From positions 1 through 25,421 of the IMG/VR virus record IMGVR_UViG_3300035183_000583: a stretch of DNA of 25,421 nucleotides; one strand, written 5' to 3'. Under the pieces are notes generated by a model that did not search any database, had not been told where the DNA came from, and saw nothing but the letters and a program-made list of their open reading frames with translations. Position numbers and translations under genes: made by a program. Each line of letters starts with the position of its first letter. The first letter of the stretch is position 1. The stretch comes from a virus. Lineage: Duplodnaviria; Caudoviricetes. Shown piece after piece: positions 1 to 5,986 of this stretch.

Positions 1-220
1 AAGTTATAAGCATTTTTTTTAATATGCTTAATATGATGATATTAATACAATTAAAAAATTAAAATAAAAGCTTTTAAAAAGCTTTATAAAAAACTTTAAA
101 TAATTCTAATAAATTATACGCTATAAATTTTTTAAAACAACAATAAAACTCTAATATTTTTTTCACCATTATTTTTAATTATTAGAAATAAATTATACAA
201 AATTTGTATCATTTAAAACA

Positions 221-434
221 ATTGATAAATAAGGTTTTATAAAAAACAATCTTTGAAAAATATTGATTTTATTGAATAAAATTATTTTTTTCAAAAAAAT
301 TTGACATTTATTATTTTTTTTTATAATTTTCAAAAATTATATTTTTTTAAAAAAACGTAAAAAATAAGATTGCTTAAAAATATTGATAAATAAGGATTTA
401 TAAAACACAATCTTTGAAAAATATTGATTTTATT
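221..434 (+). repeat. 53-bp direct repeat, two copies (221-273 and 382-434)
   Basis: ATTGATAAATAAGG(T/A)TTTATAAAA(A/C)ACAATCTTTGAAAAATATTGATTTTATT; 2 mismatches, 161-bp offset. Confidence 0.95.
301..327 (+). promoter_or_regulatory. Possible sigma70-type promoter
   Basis: TTGACA 301-306 and TATAAT 322-327, but the spacer is only 15 bp. Confidence 0.4.
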
Positions 435-830
435 AAGCAAGATTGGTCAATGCTTTGAAAACACCTTAAATTAAGCCTTTTCAGAGGTGGTTTTGACCAA
501 CCTTAAAAAATTTTAAATAAGGGTGCTTAAAAATAAAAAATCAACAAAATTGACAAAAAATTACCTCAAAAAATGGTCAAAATTCGATAGTACAAATTTC
601 AATTTTTTAGTAAGTTTTGTTGAAAATTCTTAAAAATACGACCTATTATTTTTTTTTTTAAGGTTGGTCAAAACCACCTCTGAAAAGGCTTAATTATAGG
701 GGTTTTAGACCAGCCTTAGCAACCTTAACGATTTTAAATTAAAAAATACCATAAAATTCATTAAAAATACATTAAATGCCTTTAATATCAATGGTTTTGG
801 CAATCTTTTTTTGTGTTTTTTTTATGTCAA
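345..830. repeat. Long imperfect inverted repeat centred near 582
   Basis: Perfect arms AATTAAGCCTTTTCAGAGGTGGTTTTGACCAACCTTAAAAAA (469-510) and its reverse complement (654-695). Imperfect pairing also at 541-562/601-623 and about 361-396/779-812. Confidence 0.9.
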
Positions 831-856
831 AAAAATGGTCAAAAAACAATGTTTAC

Positions 857-914
857 GGTCGAACTTTTTTTTGACATTTTTAACATTTTGTTATAATAAA
901 AGTGAACTTCGACC
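857..914 (+). promoter_or_regulatory. Extended -10 promoter bracketed by inverted GGTCGAA/TTCGACC boxes
   Basis: TTGACA 871-876, TGtTATAAT 889-897, GGTCGAA 857-863, TTCGACC 908-914. Confidence 0.5.
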
Positions 915-960
915 TTATATAAAGAAAAATAATAAAAGTCAATTTTTCAAAAAAAATCAA

Positions 961-1056
961 AAATATTTGACATTTTATTAAAAAAAATATATTATAATTT
1001 TGTTAAATATTTGACATTTTATTAAAAAAAATATATTATAATTTTGTTAAATATTT
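961..1056 (+). promoter_or_regulatory. Tandemly duplicated sigma70-type promoter (44-bp unit, about 2.2 copies)
   Basis: Exact repeat of AAATATTTGACATTTTATTAAAAAAAATATATTATAATTTTGTT; TTGACA at 967 and 1011, each followed by 17 bp and TATTAT. Confidence 0.8.
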
Positions 1057-1065
1057 TTTAAAAAT

Positions 1066-1222
1066 AAATTTAGGCTATTTGCAATATAAGGTTGAAAAAT
1101 CACTTTTAAAGTTTGCCTTTAATTATTACGAAGTTAAAATTCCTTGTAGTGACTAGGGATTATTTAAAATAGATTTTTTTAATTTTTAATTTCCAACCAC
1201 ATATTGCAAATAGCCTAAATTT
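1066..1222 (+). ncRNA. Putative structured non-coding RNA (or DNA cruciform), family unknown
   Basis: Perfect 22-bp closing stem 1066-1087/1201-1222, further stems GGTTG/CAACC and 1095-1110/1163-1178, apical hairpins 1118-1138 and 1139-1160. Promoter immediately upstream, T-rich run downstream. Confidence 0.55.
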
Positions 1223-1291
1223 TTGTTTATATTTTTATTTATTTATTTATTTTTTTATTAAATAATTTTTAAAAAATATTTTTAAAATATA

Positions 1292-1333
1292 TTGACTTTT
1301 TTATACGATTTATTATTATCCTAATTATAGGAG
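1292..1333 (+). promoter_or_regulatory. Promoter and RBS for the 1343 gene
   Basis: TTGACT 1292-1297, 16 bp, TATTAT 1314-1319; AGGAGA 1328-1333. Confidence 0.6.
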
Positions 1334-1342
1334 ATAATAATA

Positions 1343-2299
1343 ATGAGTAATGAAATAGTTTTAAATAAAAAATTAGAAGAAGATGTATTGTATTTAAATA
1401 AGATTTTTAATAATGGTTTAAAAGTAAAATATTTATATACTACAATCGGAACAAAATTTTCTGATATTAAAAAAGTTTATGATTATTTAGAAGCAGTTTA
1501 TAATAAAGAGATTGAAAACAGATTAAATTTAAGTGAAGAGTTTTTAAATGTAATGTTAAGAAAAAAAAGGTTGGTAAGTGCTGGAAGTATGAATTATAAA
1601 AATTATATTGAAGCAAAGAAAACTAATAATGAAGAGCTTATAAAAAAATATAAAGAATTTTATAAAAATAATTATTATAGATTTTGGGCTTTTAATTTAG
1701 GTTATAGATACAGTATTATTTATAAAGAAAATCGTTTAGAATATTTAGATTTATTTAAAGATAGAAAAAGTATTGATGATAGTAGATTTGATGTTGGTTT
1801 AAATAGAAGAGAATTAGAATTATTAACAAATATAATTAAAAATAAAAAAGCAAAAGTAAAAAGAAATATAACTTTATTAAAATCAAAGTATGATGATACA
1901 GATAAGCAAAAATATATTGAATATAATGATACACATAGAAATTTATTTTATGAGCAAGCTTTAATATTAAAAGAATATAGTGATATAATGAATATAGATG
2001 TAGTAAGTAATTTATTTAAAAAGAGTAGTTTAGAAAAATTAACAGAAGATAGAATTAGAAAAGATATTACGCAAATTAAATTTAGAGTATGTAAAAAAAC
2101 AATGAATATATTAAGAAGTATTAGTGAAGAAGGTTTAACAGAATTAGAAATGTTTAAGATATTATTATTTAGTACTATAGCTATGAGATATGTAAGATTA
2201 GAAGAGTTTGACATATTTGTAAAATGCGAAGAGGGTATGAATATTGAAAGAATTATTCCTTGTATAATTGATGAAGATAAAGAAGGTTTTATTATTTAA
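1343..2299 (+). CDS. Hypothetical protein (318 aa), possible C-terminal ribbon-helix-helix DNA-binding domain
   Basis: Long ORF with AGGAGA RBS. Segment TQIKFRVCKKTMNILRSISEEGLTELEMFKILL fits the strand-helix-G-x-T-helix pattern of CopG/Arc-type RHH proteins (by eye; function call tentative). Confidence 0.8.
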   Translation: MSNEIVLNKKLEEDVLYLNKIFNNGLKVKYLYTTIGTKFSDIKKVYDYLEAVYNKEIENRLNLSEEFLNVMLRKKRLVSAGSMNYKNYIEAKKTNNEELIKKYKEFYKNNYYRFWAFNLGYRYSIIYKENRLEYLDLFKDRKSIDDSRFDVGLNRRELELLTNIIKNKKAKVKRNITLLKSKYDDTDKQKYIEYNDTHRNLFYEQALILKEYSDIMNIDVVSNLFKKSSLEKLTEDRIRKDITQIKFRVCKKTMNILRSISEEGLTELEMFKILLFSTIAMRYVRLEEFDIFVKCEEGMNIERIIPCIIDEDKEGFII

Positions 2300-2330
2300 T
2301 AATATTTTTAATAAAATAATATTTAAAATG

Positions 2331-2385
2331 TTGACAAATTATTTTATTTTGCTATATTTTTAAAATAAAAACTAATAATAAGGAG
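2331..2385 (+). promoter_or_regulatory. Promoter and RBS for the 2391 gene
   Basis: TTGACA 2331-2336, 16 bp, TGcTATATT; AATAATAAGGAG leader as in the downstream cassettes. Confidence 0.7.
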
Positions 2386-2390
2386 TAAAT

Positions 2391-3092
2391 ATGAATAATT
2401 CAGAATTAAAGAGATTACATAATAATATTAAAGAAAAATATAAAGAGGTAATTAAATATTATTTTGAAGAATTTAAAAATAATAAATTTAAATATTTAAA
2501 TAAAAATAATTTTGAATATTGTTTTTTAAATAAAAATAATTTAAAAGATTCTTTTGTTAAAGAAAAAATTTATTATTTAAATGGTACAATAAATGAAATT
2601 TGTGAATCTTATATTTTAAAACTTAATCGAAATATTGTTACTATTTCTAGTTGTATAAGTGATTTTGATGATAATAATTATAATTTTAATATAGAATATA
2701 TATTAGAATATATAAAAAATTCAATGTTTGTAGAAGAGTGTTATAAAAGTAAAATAGATTATTTTTATGAAGAATACATAAATTGTTTATGTGAAGGTGA
2801 TTTTTTATTATTAAAAATAATACAAAGTGTTTTTTGTGATTTATTAGTTATAGAGTTATTTGAATTTGTAAATTATTATTTGGATATTTATATAAATGAA
2901 TATATTGAAAATTTTTTACAAAAAATAAAAGAAATTGATAATAATTTTAAAATTAGTAATTTTAAAGAAATTTTAGAAAATATTGAATCTTTAAAAGAAG
3001 AGGAAGATATATTTAAAATTATTTTAAATAATAAATTATCTAGAAAATTAGATAAAAAAGAAAAAGAAAAAGCAAAAATAATTAAGATTTAA
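2391..3092 (+). CDS. Hypothetical protein, paralog family copy 1 (233 aa)
   Basis: AAGGAG RBS; C-terminus KIILNNKLSRKLDKKEKEKAKIIKI matches the 4067 and 5987 ORFs. Confidence 0.9.
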   Translation: MNNSELKRLHNNIKEKYKEVIKYYFEEFKNNKFKYLNKNNFEYCFLNKNNLKDSFVKEKIYYLNGTINEICESYILKLNRNIVTISSCISDFDDNNYNFNIEYILEYIKNSMFVEECYKSKIDYFYEEYINCLCEGDFLLLKIIQSVFCDLLVIELFEFVNYYLDIYINEYIENFLQKIKEIDNNFKISNFKEILENIESLKEEEDIFKIILNNKLSRKLDKKEKEKAKIIKI

Positions 3093-3460
3093 AAACAAAA
3101 ATATAACAAATATCAAATTATAAATTTTTAAACAAAAAAACAAAAATAAAAAATTGCGATTGGCCAATACCATTTATTATATATTTAACATAGTTTATAT
3201 AAAAAAATAAAAATTGAAAAAATTTGTTACTTGCTAATACATTTTTTTTAGTTATATGTAATGTATTGCAATATTAGTTTATACAAAAATTTGAAAACAA
3301 ACTAAAAAAAACTTTGCTTTTGTTAAAAAATATAAAAAATTTTACATTTTATTATTGACATTTGTTTTTTATATTTTAAATTTTACGTATAAAATAAATT
3401 ATATTTAAATTATTTTTTTTTATAGCAAAAAAAAATAAAAAGTCAATAAAAATTTTTTTA

Positions 3461-3537
3461 AAAAAAGTATTGACAATAAATTTTAATATATTAAAGTAGT
3501 AGTATAACTAATAATAAATGAAAGGAGCAATAAAATG
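3461..3537 (+). promoter_or_regulatory. Promoter+RBS cassette copy A
   Basis: AAAAAAGTATTGACAAT, TTGACA 3470-3475, 16 bp, TAAAGT; AAAGGAG; ATG 3535. Confidence 0.8.
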
Positions 3538-3645
3538 AAAAATACAAAACAAACTAAAAAAGAAAAAGACTGGATCGATCTTGAATACGAAAGATTGATA
3601 AAAATTAAAAAAAATAATAAAAAAATTAAAAAAAATAATAAATAA
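3535..3645 (+). CDS. Small basic protein, 36 aa (MKNTKQTKKEKDWIDLEYERLIKIKKNNKKIKKNNK), not in the ORF track
   Basis: Own promoter and AAAGGAG RBS; ends just before the next cassette; KDWIDLEYERLIKIKKNNKK recurs at the end of the 4817 ORF with synonymous differences. Confidence 0.7.
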   Translation: MKNTKQTKKEKDWIDLEYERLIKIKKNNKKIKKNNK

Positions 3646-3722
3646 ATAAAAAAAAGTATTGACAATCAATTTTAATATGTTAAATTAAAATTAATAATAA
3701 TAAGGAGAAAAAAAATGGAAAA
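3640..3722 (+). promoter_or_regulatory. Promoter+RBS cassette copy B
   Basis: TTGACA 3659-3664, TGtTAAATT, AATAATAATAAGGAG, ATG 3715; identical to 3992-4074. Confidence 0.85.
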
Positions 3723-3997
3723 ACAAACACAACAAGACATTATGTTACAAGAAGTAAAAAAAAATTTTCGGAGATAATTTTAGTGTATATTCTACTAATT
3801 ATAATAATCCATCTAGACGTTATCAATTAGAAAAAGTTCACGAAAATTCTGGAGCGAGTTGCTTTGGTAAAAATCTTTTAAAAAAATATTTTTTAGAAGC
3901 TTTGTCAATAATGTCTTTAACTTGTCATTTATTAAAAACAGAAGAAGAAAAAATAAGATTTTGGAATGAATTAACAAATAAAAATATTTTCAAATAA
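3715..3997 (+). pseudogene. Frameshifted gene; 93-aa hypothetical protein if one A is removed from the A9 tract
   Basis: The ATG 3715 frame stops at TAA 3775-3777. Deleting one A in 3756-3764 gives MEKQTQQDIMLQEVKKIFGDNFSVYSTNYNNPSRRYQLEKVHENSGASCFGKNLLKKYFLEALSIMSLTCHLLKTEEEKIRFWNELTNKNIFK, stop 3995-3997, at the next cassette. Confidence 0.8.
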
Positions 3998-4074
3998 ATA
4001 AAAAAAAGTATTGACAATCAATTTTAATATGTTAAATTAAAATTAATAATAATAAGGAGAAAAAAAATGGAAAA
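3992..4074 (+). promoter_or_regulatory. Promoter+RBS cassette copy C
   Basis: TTGACA 4011-4016; exact repeat of copy B at 352-bp offset, including ATGGAAAA. Confidence 0.85.
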
Positions 4075-4720
4075 TTTAAGTTTAAATGTAGATTTAAATG
4101 AATTAAAAAATAAAGTTATAATAAAATTTAAAGAAAATGTTAAAAATAAATTTAATATCTTTAAAGATAAAGAATTAAAATTAATGTTTTTAGATAGAAG
4201 TGATTTTATATCTTATTTTGTAGACATAAAACAATTATATAATTCTCCATATGAAGATAGTTACTTTAATTATTTGAGTTCAAAAATTATTGATTTTATA
4301 ATGTATGAAGATTGCGAAAATTCTAAACAAAAATATGCTCTTAAAATTTATAATATTTTTAAAAATAGTCATAAAGAAATTATTGAATGTTTTACTGAAG
4401 TTTATTTAAGTGATTATATTAAAAATAATTTAAATCCAATAACTTATAGAAGATTGGAAAATATAATAATTTATATTTTAAGAAAAGAGCTTAATAATTT
4501 TAATGTAAGAGAGTATGTTAATTGTTTATGCAACGAATATATTAAAGAGCTTTTAGAAAAAGTACAACAAGATTATGATAAATTTAATATTGACGATATA
4601 AAAGAAAAGTTAGAAAATGTTGAATATTTAGATGAAGAGATTTTATTAAAAATATTATTAAATAATAAATTATTAAATAATTTAAATAAAAAAGAAAAAA
4701 ATAAAGTAGTTAAAATTTAA
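4067..4720 (+). CDS. Hypothetical protein, paralog family copy 2 (217 aa)
   Basis: AAGGAG RBS; C-terminus KILLNNKLLNNLNKKEKNKVVKI. Confidence 0.9.
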   Translation: MENLSLNVDLNELKNKVIIKFKENVKNKFNIFKDKELKLMFLDRSDFISYFVDIKQLYNSPYEDSYFNYLSSKIIDFIMYEDCENSKQKYALKIYNIFKNSHKEIIECFTEVYLSDYIKNNLNPITYRRLENIIIYILRKELNNFNVREYVNCLCNEYIKELLEKVQQDYDKFNIDDIKEKLENVEYLDEEILLKILLNNKLLNNLNKKEKNKVVKI

Positions 4721-4744
4721 AAAAATAAAAAATATAAAAAAATA

Positions 4745-4819
4745 AAAAAATATTGACAATCGATTTTAATATGTTAAATTAATAATACAATTAATAATAA
4801 TAAAAGGAGAAATAAAATG
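4745..4819 (+). promoter_or_regulatory. Promoter+RBS cassette copy D
   Basis: TATTGACAATCGATTTTAATATGTTAAATT (TTGACA 4753-4758); AATAATAAAAGGAGAAATAAAATG. Confidence 0.85.
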
Positions 4820-5239
4820 AAAAAAAATTTTATAAAAAAATTAGAAAATAAAAACAATATTGAGATTCATAATTTTGAGTATTGTTCAAATGATTTTTGT
4901 AAAGCTTCTTTTGATATGTGTTATGTTTTTGAAAATATATCATATATTTTAAAAGTAGAAGTATTTAAAATTGAAACATATCAAGATGCAATAGAAAGAG
5001 TTATTGAAAAATTTATAATGATTAAAACTGAAGAATTAGTTGTTGAAAAAATTAAAGAACTTTATCCTGACGTATTAAGAAATTATGAGATTAATGAGAT
5101 CAAAAGTATTTTAAATATTATAAATAATAATAAAAGGAGAAATAAAACAAAAAAACAAATACAAAAAGACTGGATTGATCTTGAATACGAAAGATTAATA
5201 AAAATTAAAAAAAATAATAAAAAAAGTATTGACAATTAA
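4817..5239 (+). CDS. Hypothetical protein (140 aa), apparently fused to a copy of the 36-aa peptide
   Basis: Own cassette; reads through a relic RBS at about 5123-5147 into KDWIDLEYERLIKIKKNNKK; last codons overlap the next -35 box. Confidence 0.85.
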   Translation: MKKNFIKKLENKNNIEIHNFEYCSNDFCKASFDMCYVFENISYILKVEVFKIETYQDAIERVIEKFIMIKTEELVVEKIKELYPDVLRNYEINEIKSILNIINNNKRRNKTKKQIQKDWIDLEYERLIKIKKNNKKSIDN

Positions 5240-5292
5240 TTTTAATATATTAAAGTAATAATACAATTAATAATAAAAGGAGAAATAAAATG
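5221..5292 (+). promoter_or_regulatory. Promoter+RBS cassette copy E
   Basis: AAAAAGTATTGACAATTAATTTTAATATATTAAAGT (TTGACA 5229-5234); AAAAGGAGAAATAAAATG. Confidence 0.85.
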
Positions 5293-5517
5293 GAAAATTT
5301 ATTTTTAGAAACATTATTAAAATCAATAGAAAATAAAGAGTTTATAACATCAGATGCAGTTGAAGCAATAGAGGATCATATTGACTTTATTAGATATGAT
5401 AAATTTTTTGAAAAAGATGAAAGGAAAGAATTAATAAAAGGTTATAAAATGTTAACAGATCAAGATATTGAGTTAATCGACTTGTTTATAAAAGAATATC
5501 AAGTTGTTAAAAAATAA
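5290..5517 (+). CDS. Small acidic hypothetical protein (75 aa)
   Basis: Cassette promoter and AAGGAG RBS upstream, terminator downstream. Confidence 0.85.
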   Translation: MENLFLETLLKSIENKEFITSDAVEAIEDHIDFIRYDKFFEKDERKELIKGYKMLTDQDIELIDLFIKEYQVVKK

Positions 5518-5532
5518 AGTGAGGCACTTTAT

Positions 5533-5565
5533 AAAAAAAGTAGAGTTATTGTCTCTACTTTTTTT
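5533..5565 (+). terminator. Intrinsic terminator, possibly bidirectional
   Basis: AAAAAAAGTAGAG-ttattgt-CTCTACTTTTTTT just after the 5517 stop. Confidence 0.85.
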
Positions 5566-5587
5566 CATTTAAAAAAAAGAATTTAAA

Positions 5588-5875
5588 TTGTTATTAGATT
5601 TAGATTTAGATTTAGATTTAGATTTAGATTTAGATTTAGATTTAGATTTAGATTTAGATTTAGAATTAGATTTAGAATTAGATTTAGAATTGGATTTAGA
5701 ATTAGATTTAGATTTAGATTTAGAATTAGAATTAGAATTAGAATTGGAATTAGAATTGGAATTAGAATTAGAATTGGAATTAGAATTAGAATTAGAATTG
5801 TTATTAGATTTAGAATTAGATTTAGAATTGGAATTAGAATTGGAATTAGAATTGGAATTAGAATTGGAATTAGAA
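5588..5875. repeat. Hexamer tandem array (TTAGAT/TTAGAA/TTGGAA), about 47 units
   Basis: In-phase 6-bp units 5594-5875; starts with 11 TTAGAT; in-phase TTGTTA units at 5588 and 5798. Confidence 0.97.
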
Positions 5876-5896
5876 TTATTTTAGGTCAAGTTAGAA

Positions 5897-5968
5897 GGGG
5901 TATGGGAAAATTACTTTTTTGCGTGCCGCCACCTATTACGTATATCCGTGTACGCACCTGTAATTTTC
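5897..5968. other. GC-rich hairpin element of unknown function (candidate packaging or terminus site)
   Basis: GGGGTATGGG 5897-5906; GAAAATTAC 5906-5914 pairs with GTAATTTTC 5960-5968; TGCGTGC 5920-5926 pairs with GTACGCA 5950-5956 (one G-T). Confidence 0.5.
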
Positions 5969-5986
5969 AATCTTCATATATATTTT

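Noticed and set aside
61-100. AAAAGCTTTT short palindromic repeats
   Set aside because: Too short and AT-rich to distinguish from chance.
1066-1222. Retron msr-msd or tRNA
   Set aside because: The adjacent protein lacks reverse-transcriptase motifs such as YxDD; no cloverleaf or T-loop consensus.
1948-2214. Minus-strand 88-aa ORF
   Set aside because: Antisense shadow of the 1343 gene, no RBS.
3483-3665. Minus-strand 60-aa Phe/Leu-rich ORF
   Set aside because: Antisense of A-rich cassette sequence; the plus-strand 36-aa ORF has the promoter and RBS.
3461-5292. Repeats as a CRISPR array or true integron attC sites
   Set aside because: Repeats are 70-80-bp promoter/RBS units separated by whole genes of unequal length; no attC stem, integrase or cas gene seen.
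5588-5884. 98-aa poly-(Leu-Asp/Leu-Glu) ORF
   Set aside because: By-product of the hexamer array: TTG start, no RBS, just downstream of a terminator. Variation is limited to third positions, so translation cannot be fully excluded, but the non-coding reading is simpler.
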